DNA of 64,000 bases. It comes from an uncultured Nitrospiraceae bacterium (GTDB taxonomy: Bacteria; Nitrospirota; Nitrospiria; Nitrospirales; Nitrospiraceae). Position numbers and translations under genes: made by a program. The DNA is taken from assembly GCA_963706325.1 (NCBI GenBank), contig CAVPLT010000007.1, positions 672,001 through 736,000 on the forward strand, given 5' to 3'. The notes under the pieces are model-generated. The model was not told the origin of the DNA and ran no database searches. It was given only the letters and a program-made list of their open reading frames with translations. Below are positions 9,558 through 20,400 of the stretch, in pieces; within the stretch, counting starts at the first letter, position 1, and every line of letters begins with the position of its first letter.

Positions 9558-10847
9558 TTACAGCCAGTTCACGCGTTCGGCCGGTCGAATATAGATCGGC
9601 TCTTCGACCTGGATGCGCGCCACTTCCTTGCCCGACTTGTTGAAGCCCAACACGGTATCGTTGTACATATCGAACCGCTTCCCGTGGATCTGGGTTTCAA
9701 ACACTTTCGGACCCGGAATGACGTCGTACCGGAAGATGATCTGCTGGCTCGCTCTCCAGAGCTGGAGGACGGCCAACAGTTCCCGACTCGGCACAAGATA
9801 CTTCTCGATGGCGTTGTCCACGCCCGGGCCGAACATCTGCCGCGCATACCCACGCGGGCTGTGTCGCGGCGGAATGTAGAAGCCGTTGGGCTCGGTGCCC
9901 CACTGTGGATACAGGGGCAAGGCCACCTGCTCTACGCGAATCGCGTAGTACAGGGGATGCCAGCGGTCTTCGGCCCACAGGCCGTCCTCGCCGATCCGCA
10001 TCAACGACTGCATGCGGATCTTGCCCACGCAGGCCGCCATGCAGCGCGTTTCCATCGGCTCGCCGCCCGTCAGCGGATCCTTGCCTTCGATCCGCGGATA
10101 ACAGGCGATACACTTCTCCGACACCCGGGTCGTGCCCCGGTACATCGGCTTCTTATAGGGACACTGCTCCACGCACTTCTTGTACCCGCGACATCGGTTC
10201 TGGTCGATCAACACAATGCCGTCTTCCGGCCGCTTGTAGATCGCCTTCCGCGGGCAGGCCGCGAGGCAGCCCGGATAGGTGCAGTGGTTGCAGATCCGCT
10301 GCAGATAGAAGAAATACGTCTCGTGTTCCGGCAAGCTTGAGCCGGAGAGCCGCCACGGTTCGTCCCGCGTAAAGCCCGACTTGTCGATGTTCTCGACAAT
10401 GGCCCGCATCGACGTCGCCGTGTCTTCATAAATGTTCACGAACCGCCATTCCTGGTCGGTCGGAATGTACCCGATCGCCGCCTGGCCCACTTTGGCCCCG
10501 GCGTCGAAAATGGTCATCCCTTCGAACACCCCGTACGGCGCATGGTGCTTGCGGCCCACGCGCACGTTCCACACCTGCCCGCCCGGGTTCACTTGCTCGA
10601 CGAGCTGCGTGATCTTCACGTCGTAGAACTGCGGATACCCGCCGTAGGGCTTGGTCTCCACGTTGTTCCACCACATGTACTCCTGCCCCTTCGAAAAGAG
10701 CCAGGTCGACTTGTCGGCCATCGAACAGGTCTGACAGGCCAAACAGCGATTGATGTTGAACACAAAGGCAAACTGCCACTTCGGATGCCGCTCCTCATAC
10801 GGATACAGCATCTTCCGTCCCAGTTGCCAGTTATAGACTTCTGGCAT
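9558..10847 (-). CDS. nxrB: Nitrite oxidoreductase beta subunit (copy 1)
   Basis: 429 aa starting MPEVYNWQLGR, Nitrospira-type. Fe-S motifs CLACQTC, CNHCTYPGCLAACP, CRGYKKCVEQCP and KCIAC. Confidence 0.97.
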   Translation of the reverse strand: MPEVYNWQLGRKMLYPYEERHPKWQFAFVFNINRCLACQTCSMADKSTWLFSKGQEYMWWNNVETKPYGGYPQFYDVKITQLVEQVNPGGQVWNVRVGRKHHAPYGVFEGMTIFDAGAKVGQAAIGYIPTDQEWRFVNIYEDTATSMRAIVENIDKSGFTRDEPWRLSGSSLPEHETYFFYLQRICNHCTYPGCLAACPRKAIYKRPEDGIVLIDQNRCRGYKKCVEQCPYKKPMYRGTTRVSEKCIACYPRIEGKDPLTGGEPMETRCMAACVGKIRMQSLMRIGEDGLWAEDRWHPLYYAIRVEQVALPLYPQWGTEPNGFYIPPRHSPRGYARQMFGPGVDNAIEKYLVPSRELLAVLQLWRASQQIIFRYDVIPGPKVFETQIHGKRFDMYNDTVLGFNKSGKEVARIQVEEPIYIRPAERVNWL

Positions 10848-11113
10848 TGTAACTCCTCCTTCTGAACATGATCCTGTGATTATTGGTTCGCATTCGTTTC
10901 AAGTACTGAGACCGAAGTCGTTAAGAGGCCATCCTCTTAATGTTTGCGCCTCGATCCTTAGACCTTGATCTTGATATGTTCCCCTTTGAGCCACTTGATC
11001 ATGAACTCGTTTTCCTGACCCGGCGTGAACCCGGTCCGGACTGGTTCCCAGGGCCCACGGGCTCCGATGCCGCCGTCTTCCGCCTTCGTGATGCGGATCA
11101 AGCATTCCTTCGG
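9564..11113. repeat. Left arm of ~1550-bp inverted repeat (nxrA 3' end, spacer, nxrB)
   Basis: Reverse complement of 40878-42427. Alternative-frame ORF translations are identical in both copies. First mismatches are at 9563 and 11114. Confidence 0.9.
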
Positions 11114-14100
11114 AGTTGTGTTAATGCCATGGTGATCGATGGCATAACCCCACTTGAACTTCCAAGCAATCGTATGTTTGCCAGGGAGTGAGTCGGTCTG
11201 GTGCATCGGCATCAACCAACTTCTGGTGAACGACTGTTGGGCGCCATACCGGAAGTTGGACTGATAGCCGGTATCGACCGCGATGGCGCGTCCGTCCGGC
11301 CGCGTCTCGTGGCCCTTCACCGACTTGGCCGTCGACACGTACGGAGCATGCTTCGCCATCGTGACGTGGTACGGATAGGCTGGATTGTACTTAGCCCGGA
11401 TCATCAAACGGGACACTTTATAGAACGGATCCGAAGGTTTCCAGCCACGATAGGGCCGGTCCACCGGGTTTCCGTCGACAAAGACGTAGTCGCCGTCGTT
11501 GATACCGCGGTCTTTCGCCGCTTGCGGATTAATGTGCAACTGGTGTTCGCCGACACCCGGCGTCCGTTTGTCCATGCGGTACGGATCGCCGAAGTTCGAC
11601 TCATAAATCTGCACCCAGTCGTTTACCGACCATTGGCTGTGCACCCGGTGCCGGGTCTTGGGCGTCACACAGTAGAACTGGTAGCCCTTTTCCCACAATG
11701 GGTTCGGATGCCGCTTGATTTCCTGCCACGGCAGCTTGATGTTGCGCACGTGCTTGTCATCATGGTGCTGCGCGGTGATCGGAATCCCGTAATCGTCCGG
11801 CCGAATGAACGGATTGTTCGAGAAAATCGCATTCGGCAAGTACGGCGTACACTCTGGGCCTTCCCGGTGTACGATGAAGTTTTCCCCGTACTCGATGGCT
11901 TCCGGCTCAATCCGGTAGGTCTCGATGCGGCCTGACCGCGTCCACTGGGGCTTCGACTCGTTCGTCTCCTCCCAAAGCGGATGCCGCGGATAGGTCCGGC
12001 ACATGACCATCCAGCCCTTTTCCGACTTCAACATGACGTCGGCGCTGTATCCGTAACAGGTGGCGCTAGCATCCAGCATCCGCTGCGGATAGACATCGAC
12101 GCGGTTCATGTAGACGAAGTGGAACACGCCACGGAACCGGGCATCTCCGGTCATTTCCGCCAACTTGGCGGCGACGCCGGCGAAGGTGTCCGCATCGTTC
12201 CGGGTGTCATACAACGGGCGAATCCCGCCCTTCCAGATCTGGATCCACGGATTGGAAACCGTGCCAGTCATTTCGGGATAGGTGAATTCCATCCACGAGT
12301 TACAGGCAAACGCCACGTCCGCATGGTTGACGTCCGAGGTCATCTCGATGTCTTGCGTGACGATCATCTCGATGTTCGGATCGACGTTCTTCACCATGTC
12401 ATAGTGATGTTTGGCGTTGTTTAAGATGTTCACGTTGGTGACCCAGCGGACTTTGCTGGGGCTCGGCATGTGAGTCTTGCCGGTGAACACCTTGCGCCCG
12501 TACTTCGGCGTATTGACGATCAAGGCCGTATCCCCATGGTTCCAGTACCCGACCTCTTCACCATAGTAATACGATTTGGTCTTGATCTCTTTGCCATGGG
12601 CATTGGGATCCAAAGTCAGGTTGAACGGATCCTCACCGGTGTGCACCGCGAGGCCTGCGCCTGACCACGGCACCGCGTTCCAGATCCCGGCTTTGTAGTT
12701 ACCGGACCAGGTATGGCAGCCCGTGCCGAATTTGCCGATGTTGCCGGTGATAGTCATCACCAACGCCGCTGCCCGACCCATTTCCGTCATGTGGAAATAG
12801 TGACAGACGCCTTCGCCGTTGTGCATCGCGGCCGGCTTGATCGTGCCCGAATCACGCGCCCAACGGACCAGCAGGTCTTTCGGCGCCCGGGTGATTTGAT
12901 GCGTGGTATCGAGATCATAGTCCTGAAGGTGGACTTGATACATTTGGTAGATCGACATGACGTCGATTTCGCGACCATTGACCAGCTTCACCCGGAACGT
13001 CCCGGTCAAGGCCGGATCGATGCCGCTCTCCTTGAAATGGAAGCCGACCTGCTCCCGGTGCAGAGGAACCGCTTTCCCCTTTGCCAGGTCCCAGACCATC
13101 ATGCCGCCGAGTCGTTCGATTTGCTCGGGTTTCAAGGATTGGATGCGCCCCGAATAGCTCTTCGAGAAATCCGGGAATTTGTAATCGGCCACCACATCGC
13201 GCGGATCGAGATACTGGAGAGTATCGGTCCGTACAAGTAAGGGCAGGTCGGTAAATTCCTTGATGTAATCAATATCCTGCAAATTCTCGTCGAAAATGAT
13301 TTTGCAGGCACCGAGGAAGTTGGCGCCATCAGTCTCCGGCCGCAGAGGAATCCAGTAATCGGCCCGGTAGGCTGTCGGATTATATTCCGGCGTGATGACG
13401 ACAATACGCGCGCCGCGCTCGATCGACTCGAGCTTCCAGTGCGCTTCCGGCATCTTGTTCTCGACGAAGTTCTTACCCCAGCTGGTGTTCAGCTTGGAAA
13501 AGCGCATGTCGGAAAGGTCGACGTCGCAGTTCTGGGTTCCGTTCCAGAAAGGATGGGACGGATCCTGGTCGCCGTGCCAGGTGTAGTTGGAATAGTACTT
13601 GCCGCCTTGGGCTTTGTCCGGATCGACTTTGCGAATCCAGGAGTCAAGCAGCGGCAGGCATCCGCCGTTGAAGCGCGTGTTCATCATTTTGCCCACGATG
13701 CCGAGCACCGGCATACCTGCCCGATGCTTGAAGCAGCGCACGCCCGCGCCCTTCATCATTTCGATCATTTCCGGCGCATAGCCCTGCTCGCGGAGACGAC
13801 GTGCACCAGCTTCGCCGCTGTAGCGGGTCGCGATAAGAACAGCGCCCTTAGCAACATAGGTGAAGGCCGTATCCCACGATACCCGGTTGAGGTCATCGAG
13901 GAAGCGGCTGTCAAATTTATACTTGCGCTTCACATCAGGCGTCAGCTCAGGGGAGCCGGCATCCATCCACTCTTTCCACCCCTTCCGCATCAACGGCCCC
14001 TTTAAGCGATAGGGACCGTACACGCGGCGATGGAAAGTGAATCCCTTCAAGCACATGCGTGGGTTATGCGCGAACGTGCCGCGGTTGCCGTACAGATCTT

Positions 14101-14401
14101 CATAGGTTTGGTGATCATAGTTCTGCTCGACGCGCATGACGACGCCGTTCCGGACGAAGGCACGAATACGACAGCCGTGGGTATCGTTCGGTGAGCAGCA
14201 CCAGGTAAAGGATGAGTCGTACCGATACTGGTCGTGATACACACGCTCCCAGGACCGATCCGGGTACTCACCCAGCGGGTTCCCAACCTCGATGACCGGC
14301 TGCAGCGCGGTCAACGCGAGGACTTTGTCCGCCACAGCCACGGCCGCGACGGTTCCCGCCGAGATTTTGAGAAACTGTCTCCGTGAAACGGAAACCTGCA
14401 T
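10958..14401 (-). CDS. nxrA: Nitrite oxidoreductase alpha subunit (copy 1), Tat-exported molybdoenzyme
   Basis: Twin-arginine signal SRRQFLK. FS0 motif CSPNDTHGC...RMC. DMSO reductase type II family. AAGGAGGT RBS before ATG 14401. Confidence 0.97.
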   Translation of the reverse strand: MQVSVSRRQFLKISAGTVAAVAVADKVLALTALQPVIEVGNPLGEYPDRSWERVYHDQYRYDSSFTWCCSPNDTHGCRIRAFVRNGVVMRVEQNYDHQTYEDLYGNRGTFAHNPRMCLKGFTFHRRVYGPYRLKGPLMRKGWKEWMDAGSPELTPDVKRKYKFDSRFLDDLNRVSWDTAFTYVAKGAVLIATRYSGEAGARRLREQGYAPEMIEMMKGAGVRCFKHRAGMPVLGIVGKMMNTRFNGGCLPLLDSWIRKVDPDKAQGGKYYSNYTWHGDQDPSHPFWNGTQNCDVDLSDMRFSKLNTSWGKNFVENKMPEAHWKLESIERGARIVVITPEYNPTAYRADYWIPLRPETDGANFLGACKIIFDENLQDIDYIKEFTDLPLLVRTDTLQYLDPRDVVADYKFPDFSKSYSGRIQSLKPEQIERLGGMMVWDLAKGKAVPLHREQVGFHFKESGIDPALTGTFRVKLVNGREIDVMSIYQMYQVHLQDYDLDTTHQITRAPKDLLVRWARDSGTIKPAAMHNGEGVCHYFHMTEMGRAAALVMTITGNIGKFGTGCHTWSGNYKAGIWNAVPWSGAGLAVHTGEDPFNLTLDPNAHGKEIKTKSYYYGEEVGYWNHGDTALIVNTPKYGRKVFTGKTHMPSPSKVRWVTNVNILNNAKHHYDMVKNVDPNIEMIVTQDIEMTSDVNHADVAFACNSWMEFTYPEMTGTVSNPWIQIWKGGIRPLYDTRNDADTFAGVAAKLAEMTGDARFRGVFHFVYMNRVDVYPQRMLDASATCYGYSADVMLKSEKGWMVMCRTYPRHPLWEETNESKPQWTRSGRIETYRIEPEAIEYGENFIVHREGPECTPYLPNAIFSNNPFIRPDDYGIPITAQHHDDKHVRNIKLPWQEIKRHPNPLWEKGYQFYCVTPKTRHRVHSQWSVNDWVQIYESNFGDPYRMDKRTPGVGEHQLHINPQAAKDRGINDGDYVFVDGNPVDRPYRGWKPSDPFYKVSRLMIRAKYNPAYPYHVTMAKHAPYVSTAKSVKGHETRPDGRAIAVDTGYQSNFRYGAQQSFTRSWLMPMHQTDSLPGKHTIAWKFKWGYAIDHHGINTTPKECLIRITKAEDGGIGARGPWEPVRTGFTPGQENEFMIKWLKGEHIKIKV

Positions 14402-14578
14402 AATAGCTACCTCCTTGTGAGGCACATGATTCCCTCATGCACCTGTTCGTACAACTTCACTGCAGTTCCTAAAATGCGATTCTGGTTGATATACCCCCTT
14501 TCCCTGTATCGAATTGGAAACATTTGCCCCTCTCAATTCGAAATTTGTGAACGGACATTCGTTCACTCGCGTGTTGTA

Positions 14579-14596
14579 GTACAAGTCGCATGCCTG
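14579..14596 (-). promoter_or_regulatory. Possible sigma54 promoter of nxrA copy 1 (non-canonical -12)
   Basis: AGGCATGCGACTTGTA is GG-N10-GT. An AT-rich (IHF-like) tract and a sigma54 activator gene lie upstream. Confidence 0.4.
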
Positions 14597-14885
14597 GAAG
14601 GTGAATAGACTAATCGAAACAGCTCTCCTGAGAATGATATAAATGCTAATAAAAACAGCTAGTTAAAAATTAGATCGAGGTGATGGCGGGAGAGTTTGGC
14701 GGCAGTGAAAGCAAGGGGTCAGCAACTACTGACTACATCCTCAGTCACTAAGTGTAACTGATTGATAATTAATGATTAAATTATGTCTGTAAAGACAGAC
14801 GATCGTCTAGTAGGTTTAAAACTTGAATAGAAACAATCTCTTACGTAGCGATGGTTGGATGAACCGTCACCTTTTGCTGACACTG

Positions 14886-16307
14886 CTATTTTTCTTCTTT
14901 GGTATACCGGCGCATGATTTCATGAAAGTACGAACGAGGAAGCCCGGCGTCTTGCGAGGCATGGGTCACATTGCCCCGATGGACGGTGAGTTTGGTTGAA
15001 ATGTATCGCCGATTGAAGGCTTCAAGAACCTGTTCTTTGGCTTTGGCATAGGGGAGGTGGAGATAGTCCTCTTCAGGGACTACCCTCGGTCGTTCGTCGG
15101 GAACCGCCAGCAGACCAGCTACGTCAGCGATGCCGATGCGATCACTTTTGGCCAGCATCACAGCCCGTTCCATAACGTTCCGCAGCTCCCGGACGTTCCC
15201 AGGCCAGGGGTAGGCGACCAGTTCGGTGACGGCCGAAGGATGGAGATCCTCCACACGTTTCGTAAACTCCTTGGCATAACGGCTCATGAAGTGGCGAGCG
15301 AGCACGGGAATATCCTCCGTTCGTTCACGAAGCGGTGGCACGCGGATTACCATCACATTGAGCCGAAAGAAGAGGTCCTTTCTGAACTCATTCTGCTTGA
15401 CCTTTTCCGCCAAGTCCTGATTGGTGGCTGCGATAAAACGAACGTTGACTTTCCGCTGCTGCGTGCTCCCCACGGCACGTACTTCGCCGGCTTCCAGAAC
15501 GCGCAACAGTTTGGCCTGGAGACTGCCGGGTAGGTCGCCGATTTCATCGAGAAAGACGGTGCCATGGCTTCCGGATTCGATCAGCCCAGTTTTATCGGCA
15601 ACCGCGCCGGTGAATGCTCCGCGAACGTGGCCGAATAGTTCGCTCTCAACCGTGCCTTCCGAAAAGGTAGTGCAGTCAACGACCTGGAATGGTCCATCGC
15701 AATCGAGGCTCCGCTCGTGAATCGCCTTCGCGATCAACTCTTTACCCGTTCCCGTTTCACCGATAATCAGAGTCGTCGAGGGTACTCGGGCAATGGCTTC
15801 GATCATGGCCATGACGTTTCTCATAGGCGGGCTCACGCCCACCAAATGCTTAAAGGGGATGCGAGGGGCCGCTGCATCATCTGGGGAGCCTTGAGAAAGA
15901 ATTTCTGACATCCGCATGGCCCGATGAATGCGCGTGGCGAGGTCCATGGTGTCGTACGGCTTGACGATGTAGTCAAACGCGCCGTGACGCATCGCGTCAA
16001 TGACCGTGTCGATGGCATTGATCCAACTGACGATGATGACCGGAATGCGTCGATTAAGGTCTTGAACCCGTCGCAGGAGCTCAATTCCGCTCATGCCCGG
16101 CAGGCGAACATCGGCGATGATCAAGTCAATGGGTTGTTGTTGCAGGCGCTCGAGTGCGCCCTCTGCGGTTGCGTTGATGACCACATGGACCTGTTCGTCT
16201 TCATGGCGCGGCAGCTCATGCTCCACGGTACGCAAGAATATGTCGACGTCCCCTGCGTCATCCTCAACAAGCAGAACGGTAAAGGCCTTGTGTTGGCTTT
16301 CCGACAT
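14886..16307 (-). CDS. NtrC-family sigma54-dependent response regulator
   Basis: REC domain, [37 protein letters not shown] and C-terminal HTH. Confidence 0.93.
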   Translation of the reverse strand: MSESQHKAFTVLLVEDDAGDVDIFLRTVEHELPRHEDEQVHVVINATAEGALERLQQQPIDLIIADVRLPGMSGIELLRRVQDLNRRIPVIIVSWINAIDTVIDAMRHGAFDYIVKPYDTMDLATRIHRAMRMSEILSQGSPDDAAAPRIPFKHLVGVSPPMRNVMAMIEAIARVPSTTLIIGETGTGKELIAKAIHERSLDCDGPFQVVDCTTFSEGTVESELFGHVRGAFTGAVADKTGLIESGSHGTVFLDEIGDLPGSLQAKLLRVLEAGEVRAVGSTQQRKVNVRFIAATNQDLAEKVKQNEFRKDLFFRLNVMVIRVPPLRERTEDIPVLARHFMSRYAKEFTKRVEDLHPSAVTELVAYPWPGNVRELRNVMERAVMLAKSDRIGIADVAGLLAVPDERPRVVPEEDYLHLPYAKAKEQVLEAFNRRYISTKLTVHRGNVTHASQDAGLPRSYFHEIMRRYTKEEK

Positions 16308-16925
16308 CCTTGAATCCTCTGCAATCCCTAAATTCTCTCGCCGCCTCAACGTTCGTCCCGACATGGATCAGGCGAGGATCGTAAACCTTCACTCGGCGCG
16401 GGATGGCTAGTCACGTCCCTATCAGGACCCGCACGCCTATTCTCGTGCTCAGGCCTTGTGCGGTAAGTTTCGCATGTTCAGTGTCTCTGAAACCAGTCGT
16501 TCGATGTGCATAAACCCGGCATGCGCGATGAATGCGCATCTCCAATTAGGGATGATCAGGTTTCAGCATCCACCGGAAGATACCCTAGGCGCAGTGGGCA
16601 CGTCACCCGAAGGAATCGTTCTGAGGGATTCGCCCCATAGGGCATGGGCTCCGTCACATCGTGCACATCTTAGGAGGGGGTGATGTTCAAATCAACTCCA
16701 TGACCGATAGGGCAGTGATGTGGATGCGAGTCCAGAACGGGCAATGAGCTTGAGAAGGACGGCATGGCACTGGCTCAGTGCTCTAGCCCCGTACTGCTCA
16801 AAAATCAGAATGAGATAGCCCAGAGGCAGGAGCAGGTGGGCAGCACCACGTTTAAGAATGGAGCCACCCAATCTGGATTCGAGAGATCGCGTGCCCACGC
16901 ACGCCTTAGTTCCCCGAGGACATCG

Positions 16926-17240
16926 TCATGAGCTGCTCTTGAGTCCGATGATGCCCAGGACGATACACATAAGGGAAACGACTTTGATGGTCGAGGCGGA
17001 CTCCGCGAAGAGCACCATGCTGAGCACGGCAGTGCCGGCTGCACCGATCCCTGTCCATACCGCGTATCCCGTTCCCACGGGAATGGTCTTTAGGGCTTGA
17101 GCGAGACAAACGAAACTCGCTGCCATAGTCAGGAGGGTCCCCATCGTCGGCCAGAGTCGAGTAAATCCATCCGAATACTTCAGGCCGATAGCCCAACAGA
17201 TTTCAAGCAGCCCTGCTATCACCAGAAACGTCCACGCCAT
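16926..17240 (-). CDS. sugE: SMR exporter, Gdx/SugE (guanidinium exporter) subtype
   Basis: MAWTFLVIAGLLEICWAIGLKYSDGF and IPVGTGYAVWTGIG. GAGGAG RBS before ATG 17240. Confidence 0.88.
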   Translation of the reverse strand: MAWTFLVIAGLLEICWAIGLKYSDGFTRLWPTMGTLLTMAASFVCLAQALKTIPVGTGYAVWTGIGAAGTAVLSMVLFAESASTIKVVSLMCIVLGIIGLKSSS

Positions 17241-17442
17241 ACATTCAAACTCCTCGGGATTCGTGGCGGGAGGCACGGGGCTCTCCAACGACCAGATCCG
17301 TGGTAGTGGTGATCAATAGTTGCCTACGTTGCGCATGTTACACGAGAACGTTCCCTAGAATTACCCCGGCATGTCACTAGAGATCGGTTGCACGGGTGAA
17401 GGTGGAATGCAGTTCACGCATGCTCATCGCAAGGCACCATGG

Positions 17443-20400
17443 TCAGTGATGGGATGACGCCTCGCCTAGGGTCGGTCTGTCCGGTCGATCGAGCCATCGG
17501 TATAGCACCGGCAAAACGATCAGAGTAAGGAGGGTAGAACTAACGAGCCCACCGATGACAACGACGGCGAGGGGACGTTGAACTTCCGAGCCGATTCCAT
17601 GGGCGAACGCCAGCGGCATCAAACCGAGGAGGGCCACCAAAGCAGTCATGAGCACCGGTCTGAGTCGAAGTGTGCAACCTTTGATGATGGCCTCGTCGCA
17701 CTGAAGTCCGTCTTCACGCAGCTTGTTGAAGTAGGAAACCAGCACAATACCGTTGAGCACGGCCACACCGAACAAATTGATGAAGCCCACGGAAGCCGGC
17801 ACGCTGAGATATTCTCCTGTCAACCAAAGGGCGACGATTCCACCGATCATCGCGAAGGGCAGGTTCATAATGATCAGCGCCGCATGGCGGACGGAATTGA
17901 AGGACGCAAACAACAGGATGAATATCAACCCGATCGTGATCGGTAGGATGATTTTCAGGCGTGCCATCGCTCGCTGCATGTTTTCGAAGGACCCTCCCCA
18001 AACAAAATGATAGCCGGCCGGCAGATGGATCTGCTTCGCAATTTTGTCCTGAGCTTCTGCGACCACGCTTTCGATGTCTCGACCAAGGGTGTTGAACCCG
18101 ACATAGATACGGCGTTGCAGTCCCTCGCGGCTGATCAGGGATGGGCCCTCACGGAGCTCGACCGTGGCGAGATCGCCAAGTGGAATGAGGGCGCCGGTGG
18201 GTGTCGTCAGTAAGATGTTTTTGATTGTGTCGACGCTATTTCTGTATTTTTCAGGATAACGGAACGTGAGATCGAACCGCATGTTTCCTTCGTAGACGCG
18301 GGTTGCCGCTTCCTGTCCGATTGCAGTCGTAATAATTTCCTGTATATGAGCCACGTTGATTCCGTATCGCGAGATTTTGCTGCGATCGATGTCGATGGTC
18401 AGGTAGGTCTGGCCGAAGAGTTGTTCGACACGCACATCGCCCACGCCTCTGACCGTGGCCATGATCGCTTGAATCTTTTCCGCCGTAGTTCTCAACACCG
18501 CCAAATCGTCCCCTAGGATTTTAATGGTCGCTTCGGACCGAACCCCGGACAGCAGTTCGTCCACCCGTTGTTGGATCGGCTGGCTCAGGAGGAAATTTGC
18601 GCCTGGGACTTTTTCAATACGTTTGCGGATGGCATCGTCCAGTGCCGATTTGGTTTTGGCGGTGGTCCATTCGTCCATTGGACGGAGACTGACGACGGGA
18701 TCGCTCGCGTTCGGCTCCTGAGGATCGTTGCCCATCTCCGAACGTCCTATTTTGGAAACGACCATCCGCACTTCGGGAAACTCCAGCACCGCGCGCTGCA
18801 TTTCCTTTTCAATCTCGATCGATTTGTCCAGCGCAATGCTTGGATAGCGAATGGTTTGGGGCGAAATCGCTCCTTCATTCAGGATCGGGATAAACTCTCC
18901 TCCCAGAAATGGAAAGAGCGACAAGCTGGCTCCCAGCAGTCCAAGCGCGATGGCCAGCACCATGATGCGATGGCCCATCGCCCAGTGCAACGTCGGCAGA
19001 TAGAACCGTTTGGCCCAGCGTAGCAGGAAGGTGTCCTCTTCGGTTCCGCGCTTCAGCGCCAACGCGCAGAGCACGGGAGATAATGTCAGTGACAGCACCA
19101 GCGACACGACGAGCGCGATGATGATCGTATTGGCCAGTGGCTGAAACATTTTTCCTTCCATGCCCTGCAGCGTCAAAATTGGAAGGAAGACGAGGATAAT
19201 GATCAGGATGCCGAAGATTACCGGTTGTCCGACTTCCGTGACGGCATGCAGGATGACCTGGGTCTTGTCAAAGCGGTCGTCTCGTTGTTCGGCCAGATGA
19301 CGATACACATTCTCCACCACCACGACCGAGCCATCGACCATCATACCGATGGCGATGACGAGTCCGCCGAGCGACATGAGATTGGCGGTCAAGCCGACTT
19401 GATCCATCACGATGAAGGTGACCAACGGCGTGACGATCAGGGTGGCGGTCACGATGAGGGCGCTGCGGACGTTGCCGAGGAATAGGAAGAGGATGACGAC
19501 TACCAGCACAACGCCTTCCAGCAGCGCTTTATAAACGGTATCAAGCGCTGCCGTAATTAGTTCGATCCGGTCATAAAATGGGATGATGCGCAATCCGCCA
19601 GGCAGGAGGCGTTTTTCGTGAATCTCGTCGACTTTGTCTTTGATGGATTGCACCACTACACGGGCATTTCCTCCGCGCAACATCAGCACGATGCCGGTGA
19701 TCACTTCATGTTTGCCGTTCACCACGGCAGCGCCATGCCGAACGGCATGTCCGATCCGGACCTCCGCGACATCCCGAACGTACACCGGCGTGCCGCCTAC
19801 TTGTTTCACGACGATGTGTTCAATATCTTCTAACGTCTTGATTAAGCCCACGCCGCGAATCACGTACTTTTCGTCATCCTTCTCAAGGATATTGCCGCCG
19901 GCATTGGCATTATTCTGGGCGACGGCGCCGAAGACATCGTGGAGGGCCAGGCCATATTTCCGCAACAAGTCCGGCTCGACCAGCACCTGGTACTGCTTGA
20001 CAAAGCCGCCCAGCGAATTGACATCCACGACGTCTGGCAGTCCCTTGAGCAGCGGCCGGATCACCCAGTCCTCGAGAGTTCGCCGTTCCCTCAGGTCCGT
20101 ATCGGTCATCACAAAGTCTTGGTCGTTGTCGTGGGGCCCCTCCAAATAGAACTGATAGACTTCTCCCAATCCGGTCGTGTTGGGCACCAATTGCGATACT
20201 GATCCGGGCGGCAACAGCTCTTGGACTTCAAGCACACGTTCGAGCACGACTTGCCGAGCCAGATAGATATCGATATCGTCTTTGAAGACGACGGTGATCA
20301 TCGACAGGCCAACTTTTGAGAATGAGCGGATGTCCGTCAGCCCGGGCGCGCCCATCAGCTGCAGCTCCATGGGGAACGTCACGAAACGCTCGACCTCTGC

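Noticed and set aside
9558..14401. Calling nxrAB a respiratory nitrate reductase (narGH)
   Set aside because: The Tat signal, the 429-aa MPEVYNWQLGR beta subunit and the absence of narJI fit the Nitrospira periplasmic Nxr.
16759..16775. ACGGCATGGCACTGGCT, a GG-N10-GC match
   Set aside because: Points antisense into gdx with no downstream gene and has no motif copy nearby. Likely chance.
16400..16900. Short ORFs between the NtrC regulator and gdx (16456-16683, 16692-16898)
   Set aside because: No convincing RBS or recognisable motifs.
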